Below are positions 8,080 to 17,380 of a stretch of 64,000 nt of DNA, one piece after another. Position 1 is the first letter of the stretch. Each line of letters starts with the position of its first letter. The notes under the pieces are model-generated. The model worked only from the letters and a program-made list of their open reading frames with translations. It did not search any database and was not told the origin of the DNA. Where the stretch lies: contig JAXHMP010000001.1 in assembly GCA_034521425.1 (NCBI GenBank), positions 1,737,737 to 1,801,736 of the forward strand, given 5' to 3'. The position numbers and the translations under genes were made by a program. The stretch comes from Bacteroidota bacterium. Its GTDB lineage: Bacteria; Bacteroidota; Bacteroidia; Bacteroidales; JAIOZK01.

Positions 8080-10146
8080 CTAATATGCCAGCAAGTCCTT
8101 TGCACTTCCAAAAATCTTTTCAGTATTCGGCAGGATGGCTTTTTCGAGGATGCGGTTAAAGCCTACGGGGGTGAAAGCAGAACCCACCCTTTTCAGCGGG
8201 GCATCCAGATATTCAAATGCTTCATCTGCGATGGTGGCAGCCAGTTCACCGCCAAAGCCACCGAATACTTTATCCTCGTGGACCAGCATGGCACGGTTTG
8301 TCTTTTTTACGGATTCCAGGATACAATCCTTATCGAGGGGGATGAGCGACCTGAGGTCGATCACTTCGACATCATGGCCTTCTCCGGCCAGCTTCTCAGC
8401 AGCTGCAAGGCATTGATGTGTGGTATTTCCAAAGGTGATCATGGTCAGGTCACTGCCTTTCCGCCTGATCCTGGCCTTACCGAAAGGAACTTCAAAATCA
8501 TCCGGGAAATAGGCTTCCGCAGCCGGGTCGTTATAGAGGGCTTTGGGTTCGAGAAACATTGTTGGTCCTTCCGAACGCATAGAAGTACGCAAAAGCCCTG
8601 CCGCATCATCTGCAAAAGAAGGGTATACCACCCTGATACCCGGGAATGTTGTGAACACCGCTTCGGTGGTCTGGGAATGGTACAGGCCTCCCCCGATGTA
8701 TCCACCGGAAGCAAGCCGGATGGTCACATTGGGAGCGAACTTTCCGTTCGAGCGCCAGTAATCATGGGTCAATTCCACAAGCTGCTCCATGGCCGGCCAG
8801 AAATAATCGGCAAACTCAGCACCTTCCACCACCACCCTTATCTTTTGATCATAACGGCTCATGCCATTCGCAGTTCCCACAATATAATCCTCGGCAATGG
8901 GCGCATTGAATACACGGCTCCTGCCGAATTCCTGCTGCATGCCTTTGGTGACATTAAAAATACCGCCTTTATCCTTATTGGCGATATCCTGCCCCCAGAC
9001 AAAGGTATCCGGGTTATGCCTGAATTCGGCCCTGAGTGTTTCATTCAGTGCGGTGATGAATTTCTTTTTCTCTCCCTCCCCTGCCGGAATGCCATCCGGG
9101 TATTTTTCCGAAATATAGGGTGCGGGGATCACATGCTGGAAAATAGATTCGGGGGATGGATCCCTGGCTTTGATCACTTTTTTATGGGCTGCACTTACCT
9201 CCTTCTTTACCTGGTCTTCGATCTCCAGCAATTCTTCTTCGGTAAATATCTTCGAATACAACAAACGCTGGCGGAAGCGGGCCAGGGGATCCTGTCCGCG
9301 AACCTCGTCAAGTTCGTACTGGCTGCGGTAAAGTTCATGACGGTCGGAATTGGAATGGGATCCGATGCGCACGCAGTTGGCGTGCACGATCACCGGGATC
9401 CCTTTCTCTTTCACGATCTTCTTGGCCTTTACCATGGCATTCATGGAATTGAAAAAATCTTTTCCATTGCAGTAAATGATCTCCAGGTTTTTGAAACCAA
9501 GGAAATTGTCTGCTGCACGGGGGTTGGCTGTCTGGTCCGCCTTGGGGACTGAAATGCCAAAACCATTGTCCTGCAGCACAAAGATCACAGGCAGCTTTTC
9601 ATTGCTTGCTCCGTTGATAGCTTCATATACATATCCCTCGGAAGTTGCCGATTCGCCCAGTGAGCAAATGGAAACCGCATCATCTTTGTAATATTTGATG
9701 GCCCGCGCCACCCCGGCAGCATGCAGGGTATGGTTTCCCGTGGCGGATGAAACATTCTGGATGTTCCATTCCGGTTTTGCAAAATGATTCGACATATGCC
9801 TGCCGCCCGATGCCACATCATCGGCCTTGGAAAGGCCATTCAGTATGATCTCCTCGGCTGTCAGTCCGGCTGAAATTGTCGTGAGCATATCCCTGTAGTA
9901 GGGAAATAAAAAATCTTTGTTCTTTTCAAACACCTGCCCGATGGCCAGTTGAATACCATCATGACCGGCATAAGGAGCATGATACGACCACCCGAGGGCC
10001 TGCTTCAGGTAATTGGGTGCTTTGTCATCCAGCTTACGGCCCAGCGTGGCCAGGTAAAACCATTTGTGCAGGGTCTCCTTTTCAACATTCTTGATGGTTA
10101 GTTTCTTGTCTTCCTTTTTTATTTTTAATCTCTTCCTCTGTATCAT
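8080..10146 (-). CDS. 2-oxoacid (branched-chain-type) dehydrogenase E1 component, fused alpha+beta subunits
   Basis: A single 688-aa ORF combines a TPP-binding E1-alpha part with a transketolase-like E1-beta part. This fusion is common in Bacteroidota. Confidence 0.8.
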   Translation of the reverse strand: MIQRKRLKIKKEDKKLTIKNVEKETLHKWFYLATLGRKLDDKAPNYLKQALGWSYHAPYAGHDGIQLAIGQVFEKNKDFLFPYYRDMLTTISAGLTAEEIILNGLSKADDVASGGRHMSNHFAKPEWNIQNVSSATGNHTLHAAGVARAIKYYKDDAVSICSLGESATSEGYVYEAINGASNEKLPVIFVLQDNGFGISVPKADQTANPRAADNFLGFKNLEIIYCNGKDFFNSMNAMVKAKKIVKEKGIPVIVHANCVRIGSHSNSDRHELYRSQYELDEVRGQDPLARFRQRLLYSKIFTEEELLEIEDQVKKEVSAAHKKVIKARDPSPESIFQHVIPAPYISEKYPDGIPAGEGEKKKFITALNETLRAEFRHNPDTFVWGQDIANKDKGGIFNVTKGMQQEFGRSRVFNAPIAEDYIVGTANGMSRYDQKIRVVVEGAEFADYFWPAMEQLVELTHDYWRSNGKFAPNVTIRLASGGYIGGGLYHSQTTEAVFTTFPGIRVVYPSFADDAAGLLRTSMRSEGPTMFLEPKALYNDPAAEAYFPDDFEVPFGKARIRRKGSDLTMITFGNTTHQCLAAAEKLAGEGHDVEVIDLRSLIPLDKDCILESVKKTNRAMLVHEDKVFGGFGGELAATIADEAFEYLDAPLKRVGSAFTPVGFNRILEKAILPNTEKIFGSAKDLLAY

Positions 10147-10239
10147 TTACATTAAATCTTAATTCCTGAATAAGAAAACGCAAAATTAACACTTATTGTT
10201 TATTTATATGCAATCTAAATTAAACTAATTAAAAAAGGA

Positions 10240-11019
10240 TTAATAGAAGTCGGGCCTGCGGTCTTTCAGCACATGATTCCTCCCGGTGATCATTTTATTC
10301 CTGGCGATTGCAGGATCGATTTGTGCATGAATGACTTCTTCTGTATTTATTCCGGCAAGGGCGAGTTGTTTGCCTTCTGGATCGGAAACAAAGGATCCCC
10401 CATTGAAAGTGATCCCATGATCTGTTCCGGTGCGGTTGGCGGTTGCAACATAGAAGCGGTTGATGATCCCCTGCACAGGGGCTACCCTGGCGCCATAGGG
10501 GGTAACCAGGTTGCTGGGATGACTTACCAGGTCCGCTCCTTTCAGGGCAAGTGAACGCCACAATTCAGGAAACAAATAATCAAAACAGATCAGCATGGCG
10601 GTTTTCAATCCGCCAATATCATAAACCAGCGGTTCCAGATCGCCGGGCACAAAAAAGTCCTTTTCATTCATGAATAAATGGATCTTCCTGTACAAACCAA
10701 CAATACCAGCGGCATTCAGCAGGATAGCAGAATTAAACAGCCTGTCGCCATCCCGCTCACAAAAACCTGAAACGATATGGCATTGCTTTTCACTGGCTTT
10801 TGATTGAAGGAAAGAAAGGAAGGGTCCATGATCCTTGCGGCTTTCTGAAGCATTGAAGGCTTGTTCCGTCGACTGAAAATTATATCCTGAATTAGCGAGT
10901 TCGGGTAAAATAATCAAATCCGAGTGTTCAATTCCCGACATAAGCTTTCTGAGCCGGGCAATATTATTATCAATTTCTGCCAGTTGCGGATTGAATTGTA
11001 CCAGATGAATATTGAACAT
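10240..11019 (-). CDS. carbon-nitrogen hydrolase (nitrilase superfamily)
   Basis: The Glu-Lys-Cys triad contexts are present: ILPELANSGY, LYRKIHLF and MLICFDYLFPE. Confidence 0.8.
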   Translation of the reverse strand: MFNIHLVQFNPQLAEIDNNIARLRKLMSGIEHSDLIILPELANSGYNFQSTEQAFNASESRKDHGPFLSFLQSKASEKQCHIVSGFCERDGDRLFNSAILLNAAGIVGLYRKIHLFMNEKDFFVPGDLEPLVYDIGGLKTAMLICFDYLFPELWRSLALKGADLVSHPSNLVTPYGARVAPVQGIINRFYVATANRTGTDHGITFNGGSFVSDPEGKQLALAGINTEEVIHAQIDPAIARNKMITGRNHVLKDRRPDFY

Positions 11020-11031
11020 GATCCTGTATTT

Positions 11032-11595
11032 TTACGGGCGGATCACATCATAGGATCCGTCATTCTTCAGTTTAATTATCGTGCTGGGTTTTGTTTCCGT
11101 GATACGCGTCCGGTGCAAGTTTACAACATAATCCACTTCCTTTTTGATCATTGGGGATATCTGGCTGAAAAGGATGGGGTTTGGTTCTCCGGAAATATTG
11201 GCAGATGTCGATACGATGGGTTTTCCGAATTCCCGGATGATCCTACGGCAGAACTCATCCCTGCTCACGCGAATGGCAATTGTCCTGTCGGCAGCAAGCA
11301 CATTTTTGGCCAGGTTCTTAGCATTGGAAAAGATCACAGTAAGTGGCGTTTCAATGCTGGTGATCAGATCAAAAGCAATATCAGGAACAAATTCAACATA
11401 ATCGGTGAGTTTCTTAACATCATCCAGCAGTATGATCATGCTTTTGGATTCCTGGCGCCGCTTGATCTTAAAAACTCTTTGCACAAACTTCTGGCTGGTG
11501 GCATCACATCCAATACCCCAGATGGTATCCGTAGGATAGAGAATGACTTTGCCCTTCTTCAGGTATTCAACGGTTTTTTTTACTTCTTCTTCCAT
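11032..11595 (-). CDS. tsaC: L-threonylcarbamoyladenylate synthase (YrdC/TsaC family)
   Basis: This 187-aa ORF carries ILYPTDTIWGIGCDATS and STSANISGEP motifs. Confidence 0.8.
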   Translation of the reverse strand: MEEEVKKTVEYLKKGKVILYPTDTIWGIGCDATSQKFVQRVFKIKRRQESKSMIILLDDVKKLTDYVEFVPDIAFDLITSIETPLTVIFSNAKNLAKNVLAADRTIAIRVSRDEFCRRIIREFGKPIVSTSANISGEPNPILFSQISPMIKKEVDYVVNLHRTRITETKPSTIIKLKNDGSYDVIRP

Positions 11596-12599
11596 CAGTT
11601 CAGTCTGTCAAGTAAATCCTTTGTATTGATTGTTAAAGCACATTTGAAGTGCGATTCGGGGCATTTATTAAAACCGTGCAATCCGCAGGGTTTGCATTTT
11701 AGCTCGAGTGGAGTTTGCACCACACGGGAATTATCCGAAAGCGGGCCGAAGCCGAATCCGGGCACAGTAGAGCAAAATATTGCGGTAACTGCTGCATTCA
11801 TGGCAGATGCCATGTGTTGCGGCGCCGAATCATTCACATAATTCATAAGGGCATCCTTCATCAGGGCGGCCGTTTGCAAAAAGCTCAGCGAACCAGCCAG
11901 GTTCAGCGACTGTGCATGCCCACTTTTGTTGATGATGCGTGCACAAAGATCCCGGTCAGCCGGACCGCCGATAAAAAGTACCTGGATATCCTCATCCAGT
12001 TCTTTCACAAATTCAAGCCATTTCTCTTCAGGATATTGTTTTGTAAACCAGAGAGAGGCCGGGGCAATGCATATGTACTTTTTGGTTTTATACTGTGAAA
12101 CCAGGGCAAAATCCCTTTTCCCGGGATACAGGGCAAGCTTTTCCCCGGAATCATCCGTCAGATGCTCGATCAGTTTCAGGTTACGGTCAACTTCGTGCAC
12201 ACCCTGAATATCCTTCCCGATCCTGTGCCGGATCCGTTTCCCGAAAAATAAGGAAAAGGGATTCTTGCTGAAGCCAACGGTATGCCCCGCTCTTGAAAAT
12301 GCGGTGAGGAAACCTGAAGAGGCAAAACGCTGCAAATTGATCACATAATCATACTCCCTGCCCTGGACGAGCCTTAAAAGATCAAGCAGGTTCCTGTACT
12401 TTCTGCCTGATTTATCCCAGATCAGGATTTCTGAAAGGACGGGGTGATTATGCATCAGGCTCTCATTTCCTTTCTTCACCAGCATGTCGATCCTGGCATC
12501 CGGGAAGAACCTGTTTAGTTTCTCCACTATTGGACTTGCAAGGATCACATCCCCGATGGATGCCGTTTGTATGATAAGAAATTTCTTCAAGCCAGCCAT
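11595..12599 (-). CDS. glycosyltransferase family 9 (heptosyltransferase-like)
   Basis: FLIIQTASIGDVILASPIVEKL is a typical GT9 N-terminus. The ORF is 334 aa. Confidence 0.75.
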   Translation of the reverse strand: MAGLKKFLIIQTASIGDVILASPIVEKLNRFFPDARIDMLVKKGNESLMHNHPVLSEILIWDKSGRKYRNLLDLLRLVQGREYDYVINLQRFASSGFLTAFSRAGHTVGFSKNPFSLFFGKRIRHRIGKDIQGVHEVDRNLKLIEHLTDDSGEKLALYPGKRDFALVSQYKTKKYICIAPASLWFTKQYPEEKWLEFVKELDEDIQVLFIGGPADRDLCARIINKSGHAQSLNLAGSLSFLQTAALMKDALMNYVNDSAPQHMASAMNAAVTAIFCSTVPGFGFGPLSDNSRVVQTPLELKCKPCGLHGFNKCPESHFKCALTINTKDLLDRLN

Positions 12600-12666
12600 A
12601 TTAAGAATAACAAAGATAGTTTCAATTTCCTTCTAAAGGAATCGCCAAGCAGCAAATAACAATTTT

Positions 12667-13503
12667 TTATATAACGATCTCATAATCGCGCAGCACCTCG
12701 TTCAAACTGGTTTTCCTGTCGGTGGAGGCTTTGCGCTTTCCGATGATCAGGGCGCAAGCAACATGATATTCGCCGGCAGGGAACTTTTTCGGATAACTTC
12801 CCGGGATCACCACGGATCTTTCCGGCACCTCTCCTTTCATAACAACTGCTTCCGGCCCGCTCACATCGATGATACGGGTGGATTGGGTGATCACAACATT
12901 GGCGCCGAGCACAGCTTCTTTTCGTATCCTCACACCTTCCACAACAATGGAACGTGATCCGATAAAACAGTTGTCTTCGATGATAACAGGAGATGCCTGA
13001 ACAGGTTCCAGCACACCCCCGATACCGACTCCTCCGCTCAGATGCACATTTTTACCGATCTGTGCGCAGGAGCCCACGGTTGCCCAGGTATCGACCATGG
13101 TACCTGAATCAACATAGGCACCGAGGTTCACATAGGAAGGCATCATGACCACTCCTTTTGCCAGGAAAGCACCATATCGTGCCACCGCATGCGGCACCAC
13201 CCTAACCTCCTGGGATTTATAATCCTTCTTCAAAGGGATCTTATCATGAAACTCAAAAGGCCCAGCTTTGATGGTCTCCATCTGTCGGATCGGGAAATAA
13301 AGCAAAACAGCTTTCTTGACCCATTCATGTAAATGCCATTCCGTTAGTCCTCCTGTATCTTCAATAGGTTCAGCCACCCTGATCCTGCCGCTGTCGAGCA
13401 ACTCTATAGTGTGGTTGATGACATCTACCACTTCCTTTTTTTGCAGCAAAGCACGGTTATCCCATGCCTCTTCGATGATTCGTTTCATTTTCTCCATAAT
13501 CAT
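12667..13503 (-). CDS. dapD: 2,3,4,5-tetrahydropyridine-2,6-dicarboxylate N-succinyltransferase
   Basis: The N-terminus is IIEEAWDNRALL and the C-terminal half has left-handed beta-helix hexapeptide repeats. Length is ~275 aa. Confidence 0.8.
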   Translation of the reverse strand: MIMEKMKRIIEEAWDNRALLQKKEVVDVINHTIELLDSGRIRVAEPIEDTGGLTEWHLHEWVKKAVLLYFPIRQMETIKAGPFEFHDKIPLKKDYKSQEVRVVPHAVARYGAFLAKGVVMMPSYVNLGAYVDSGTMVDTWATVGSCAQIGKNVHLSGGVGIGGVLEPVQASPVIIEDNCFIGSRSIVVEGVRIRKEAVLGANVVITQSTRIIDVSGPEAVVMKGEVPERSVVIPGSYPKKFPAGEYHVACALIIGKRKASTDRKTSLNEVLRDYEIVI

Positions 13504-13586
13504 AAATTTCTGATTTGCCCCGATAACAAAAGTAATTCATAATTTTGTAAAGTAAAATTCGTTTAGAAAAACATTATTGGGAAAAG

Positions 13587-14006
13587 ATGGCAAGGATCAT
13601 GGCAATAGATTACGGAAGAAAACGCGTTGGCATTGCCGTTACGGATGAGAACCAGATCATTGCAAGTGCCCTGACTACGGTTCATGCCCGTGAGATCTTT
13701 GAGTTTCTCGATGATTACCTGAGGGAAGAAGAAGTGGAATGCATTGTGGTTGGCGAACCCAAGGACTGGCAGGGCAGGGATTCGGAGGCGGTTGAATTTA
13801 TCAATCCTTTTGTGAAGAAGTTGCACAAAAAATACAGTGGGGTCAGGATCGAAAGGCATGATGAAAGCTATACTTCAAAAATGGCCTTTCAAGCCATGAT
13901 AGATGCCGGATTGAAGAAGAAGGCCAGGCAGCAGAAGGAAACCATCGATAAGATCAGTGCAACGCTTATCCTGCAGTCATTCATGGAGGCCAACCCAAAA
14001 AATTGA
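13587..14006 (+). CDS. ruvX: Holliday junction resolvase-like protein RuvX (YqgF)
   Basis: MARIMAIDYGRKRVGIAVTD; 139 aa. Confidence 0.85.
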   Translation: MARIMAIDYGRKRVGIAVTDENQIIASALTTVHAREIFEFLDDYLREEEVECIVVGEPKDWQGRDSEAVEFINPFVKKLHKKYSGVRIERHDESYTSKMAFQAMIDAGLKKKARQQKETIDKISATLILQSFMEANPKN

Positions 14007-14012
14007 AAATAA

Positions 14013-14585
14013 ATGGTATATCCAATAGTAGCATACGGACATCCGATATTGAAAAAAGTTGCGGAAGAGATCGACAAGGACTATCCGGATCTGCATAAAC
14101 TCATCGAGGACATGTACGAAACTATGTACGAAACGGTGGGGGTCGGGCTGGCAGCTCCGCAGATTAACAAATCCATACGCTTGTTCGTGATCAACACCCA
14201 GCCCTTTACTGATGATGATCCTGAGGTAAAGCCCCTTAAGAAAGTATTCATAAACCCCAGGATCATTGAGGAAAAAGGGGAGGATGAAGATTTCAAAGAA
14301 TCCTGCCTGAGTCTGCCGCGGCTGGCCGAATATGTGACCCGGAAAAATAAGATCAGGCTACAGTACTATGATGAGAATTTCGAATTTCATGATGAAGAAT
14401 TCGACAATATAACTGCCCGGGTGATCCAGCATGAATATGACCATCTCGAAGGCATCCTTTATGTGGAGCGGGTGAGCAACCTGGCCAAAACCCTTCTGAG
14501 GAGCAAACTTCGTGATATTGAGAAGGGCAAGATAGATCCGCCTTACAAAATGATCTTTGCACCCGGTAAAAAGAAAAACCTTTAA
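14013..14585 (+). CDS. def: peptide deformylase
   Basis: The three deformylase motifs are present: GVGLAAPQI, ESCLSLP and HEYDHLEG. Confidence 0.9.
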   Translation: MVYPIVAYGHPILKKVAEEIDKDYPDLHKLIEDMYETMYETVGVGLAAPQINKSIRLFVINTQPFTDDDPEVKPLKKVFINPRIIEEKGEDEDFKESCLSLPRLAEYVTRKNKIRLQYYDENFEFHDEEFDNITARVIQHEYDHLEGILYVERVSNLAKTLLRSKLRDIEKGKIDPPYKMIFAPGKKKNL

Positions 14586-14589
14586 AAAT

Positions 14590-15135
14590 ATGTATATGAA
14601 AACGATTCAGAATCTTGTTGTATTTTTTTTAACAGCATTCGTGCTGGTTTCCTGTGGCCCTTCCAAGTCGGATATGCAACAGGAAATAACACAGAATGAA
14701 GAAGCTCTTTTCGCAGGAGAAGCGAAAGGCATTGACAAGGGAAAAGCCGCACTGTTAATCAACAGTTATGTGCAATATGCCGATGCCTTCCCCGAAGATT
14801 CCATGTCGCCCGATTATCTTTTCCGGGCGGCCGACATTTCCATGAACATTTTTGAGTCGGGACAGGCCATCGACCTGTACAACAGGATCATCAACAACTA
14901 CCCGGAGTATGAAAAAGTGCCGCAATGTGTTTTCCTGAAAGCCTTTGTGTACGAAAACAACCTGAACGACCTGAACAGTGCCAAAAAGTATTACAAAGAA
15001 TTCCTGGCCAAATATCCGGATGATGAATTTGCAGATGATGCGGAGATGTCGCTGCAAAATCTCGGCAAATCACCCGAGGAACTGATCAAAGAATTCGAAG
15101 CCAAAATGAAAGAGCAGGAAGAAAAAGGGAGTTAA
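14590..15135 (+). CDS. TPR-like lipoprotein, unknown function
   Basis: The lipobox is FVLVSCG and the body is TPR-like (YLFRAADISMN..YPEYEKVPQCVFLKAFVYENNL). The ATG at 14590 lies just after the def stop; the track start at 14557 is a TTG. Confidence 0.65.
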   Translation: MYMKTIQNLVVFFLTAFVLVSCGPSKSDMQQEITQNEEALFAGEAKGIDKGKAALLINSYVQYADAFPEDSMSPDYLFRAADISMNIFESGQAIDLYNRIINNYPEYEKVPQCVFLKAFVYENNLNDLNSAKKYYKEFLAKYPDDEFADDAEMSLQNLGKSPEELIKEFEAKMKEQEEKGS

Positions 15136-15168
15136 ACCGAATAATTCAGGTTAAAACATGAATCCTTT

Positions 15169-16794
15169 TCACGATAAAACCTGAAATCTGAATCCTGAAT
15201 CTGAAATCTGAATATAAAAAAAAAACCGGCGGGTCTTCCACCGGTTTTTTTTATTTGCATACGCGACCGATCGTGTTTCACGGATCACCGTGATCTTGAT
15301 CTGCCCCGGGTAGGTCATTTCCTCCTGTATTTTTTTGGAAAGGTCGTAAGAGATCTGGTTGGCTTCCTGGTCGCTGACCTTTTCGGCACCAACGATCACC
15401 CGCAATTCCCTGCCGGCCTGCACGGCAAATGTCTTCACCACTCCCGGGTAACTCAGGGCCAGTTCTTCGAGCTTACTGAGCCGTTGAATATAAGCCTCCA
15501 CCACTTCTCTTCTGGCACCCGGCCGGGCTCCGGAAATGGCATCGCAAACCTGTACAATCGGTGCCAGCAGGCTCTCCATTTCCACTTCGTTGTGGTGGGC
15601 GCCGATGGCATTCACGATATCGGGTTTTTCCTTGAATTTTTCTGCCATTTTCATTCCCAGCAGGGCATGGGGCAGGTCAGATTCATTGTCGGGCACCTTG
15701 CCGATATCGTGCAACAATCCGGCCCGTTTGGCTTTTTTGGGATTCAAACCGAGTTCGGCTGCCATGGTGGCGGACAGCAACGCAACTTCTTTGGAGTGTT
15801 GCAGGAGGTTCTGTCCGTAGGACGACCTGTATTTCATCCGCCCGATCATGCGCATCAATTCGTGATGCATATTGTGGATCCCCAGATCAATGCAGATCCT
15901 CTTGCCGGTTTCCACGATCTCCTGTTCGATCTGTTTCTGTGTTTTGGCCACCACCTCCTCAATTCTGGCCGGATGTATTCTTCCGTCGGTAACCAGTTTA
16001 TGGAGGGAAAGCCGTGCGATCTCTCTTCTCACCGGGTCAAAACCTGAAAGGATGATGGCATCGGGAGAATCATCGATGATGATCTCAATACCTGTAAGTG
16101 ATTCCAGGGTCCTGATATTACGTCCTTCCCGCCCTATGATGCGGCCCTTGATCTCGTCATTCTCAATATTGAAAACAGAAACCGTATTTTCGATGGCATG
16201 CTCTGCTGCCGTTCGCTGGATGGTTTCAATTACGATCTTCTTGGCTTCCTTTTCCGCTGTGATCTTAGCCTCTTCAATGATGTCGTTCATCATGACCGAA
16301 GCATCGGCACGTGCCTCATCTTTCAGCGATTCAATCAACTGCTCCATGGCCTGCTCGGTGCTCAGGCCGGAAATGGCTTCCAGTTGTTCGATTTGTTTCT
16401 GGCGGGCCTTTTCCAGGTCTTCCTGTTTCCTGGCAACAATCTCCAGTTGCCCGCTCAGGTTTTCCCGGATCTTGTCCACCTCGTTCTGTTTACGCTGAAA
16501 CTCCTCCATTTTCTGCGAAAGACTTGCTTCTTTCTGCTTTAACCTCGATTCTCCGTTTTGGATTTCAGCATTCCTGTCGTTAATTACCTTCTCATGTTCT
16601 GATTTAAGTTGAAGAAATTTTTCCTTGGCCTGAAGGATCTTTTCCTTCTTGATAACTTCTGCCTTTTCTTCGGCCTCCTCCAGCACGATCTTGCTTTTCT
16701 TTTCAACAGCCTTGCGCAGTATAGTGGCAGTGATAATACCCCCGATCAATGCGCCTGCAACAGCTGCAATGACTCCAATTATTATACAATCCAT
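15169..16794 (-). CDS. rny: ribonuclease Y; as sequenced the ORF reads through its own terminator, true stop probably near 15251
   Basis: An N-terminal TM helix, coiled coil, KH domain and HD domain (AGLLHDIGK) are present. The canonical C-terminus ..VIRETRxVxYAK* would be restored by one extra A in gcaAAAt (plus-strand ttt at 15254-15256). As sequenced, 27 extra codons cross the terminator hairpin. Confidence 0.9.
   Translation of the reverse strand: MDCIIIGVIAAVAGALIGGIITATILRKAVEKKSKIVLEEAEEKAEVIKKEKILQAKEKFLQLKSEHEKVINDRNAEIQNGESRLKQKEASLSQKMEEFQRKQNEVDKIRENLSGQLEIVARKQEDLEKARQKQIEQLEAISGLSTEQAMEQLIESLKDEARADASVMMNDIIEEAKITAEKEAKKIVIETIQRTAAEHAIENTVSVFNIENDEIKGRIIGREGRNIRTLESLTGIEIIIDDSPDAIILSGFDPVRREIARLSLHKLVTDGRIHPARIEEVVAKTQKQIEQEIVETGKRICIDLGIHNMHHELMRMIGRMKYRSSYGQNLLQHSKEVALLSATMAAELGLNPKKAKRAGLLHDIGKVPDNESDLPHALLGMKMAEKFKEKPDIVNAIGAHHNEVEMESLLAPIVQVCDAISGARPGARREVVEAYIQRLSKLEELALSYPGVVKTFAVQAGRELRVIVGAEKVSDQEANQISYDLSKKIQEEMTYPGQIKITVIRETRSVAYANKKNRWKTRRFFFYIQISDSGFRFQVLS
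15181..15213 (+). repeat. five tandem CTGAA(A)T(C) units in the 3' UTR of the TPR-lipoprotein gene
   Basis: ctgaaat ctgaatc ctgaat ctgaaat ctgaat, read directly from the sequence. It lies immediately upstream of the terminator hairpin. Confidence 0.8.
15216..15252. terminator. bidirectional intrinsic terminator between the TPR-lipoprotein gene (+) and rny (-)
   Basis: A10, then hairpin ccggcggg-tct-tccaccgg (15226-15244, one mismatch), then T8. Both strands read as a hairpin followed by a U-tract. Confidence 0.75.
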
Positions 16795-16829
16795 AGCATT
16801 TTATATTAAGTGCTTTCGCTTGAAGGAAT

Positions 16830-17039
16830 AAAAAAACCCACATTAATTCAGGAGTTTTTATAAACCCCAAAAAAGACACGTATAGGGTTGCCAAATTTTT
16901 CGAAAGTCCACTGTCTTCCTGAGAAGAATCCCGGTTTTCCCTTTACAGGGCGGGATTGAGGCCTGTTCTAGAAATTTATGAGCTTTTAACCCTAAATTAA
17001 AAAATGTTGAGTTTAAAAACTGTTTGAATTAATGCGGGT
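16830..17039 (-). ncRNA. candidate ~210-nt structured RNA (6S-like rod with central bubble, or structured rny leader/attenuator)
   Basis: No credible ORF is present. The helices are concentric. Helix 1 pairs 17038-17025 with 16850-16837 (14 bp, one G-U that would be an A-C mismatch on the plus strand). Helix 2 pairs 17021-17011 with 16865-16853. Helix 3 pairs 16994-16988 with 16889-16883. The apical hairpin spans 16957-16927. A U7 tract directly follows the closing helix. Confidence 0.5.
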
Positions 17040-17070
17040 AACTCTTTATATTCTATATCAAAGAACCTTG

Positions 17071-17358
17071 TTAACTTAAAGCTTCTGATAATACCCTGTC
17101 AATTTCAGTAAGCCTGTCCGACAGCTCTCTCTTCTCCTCCGATTCCAGCAACTCCTGTTTGAGTGCTCTGGAGGCGAACAACAGGGAAACCATCGCCAGC
17201 AGGTCCTGCCTGTCTTTGTAGGCATAATTGTCAGAAAAATCTTTCAATCTTTCATTGATCTGCTTGGCTGCCTTCCTTACAACTTCTTCCTCCTGTTTGG
17301 TTATGGTTAGCCTGTAAGGCCTGTCTGCTATCTTAACTGAAATTGTCAGTTCTTCCAT
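17071..17358 (-). CDS. zapA: cell division protein ZapA
   Basis: This 95-aa ORF (ISVKIADRPYRLTI..) has a coiled-coil C-terminus, as expected for the ZapA family. Confidence 0.8.
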   Translation of the reverse strand: MEELTISVKIADRPYRLTITKQEEEVVRKAAKQINERLKDFSDNYAYKDRQDLLAMVSLLFASRALKQELLESEEKRELSDRLTEIDRVLSEALS

Positions 17359-17380
17359 ATGGAATTATCTCAAAACATAA

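Noticed and set aside
8278-9552. Long antisense ORFs: 424 aa here, plus 10924..11841, 15484..16498, 33066..33677, 34056..34829 and 54343..54906 among others
   Set aside because: Each lies opposite a gene with clear family motifs. Their translations are low-complexity and lack any recognisable domain. These are typical stop-poor antisense frames.
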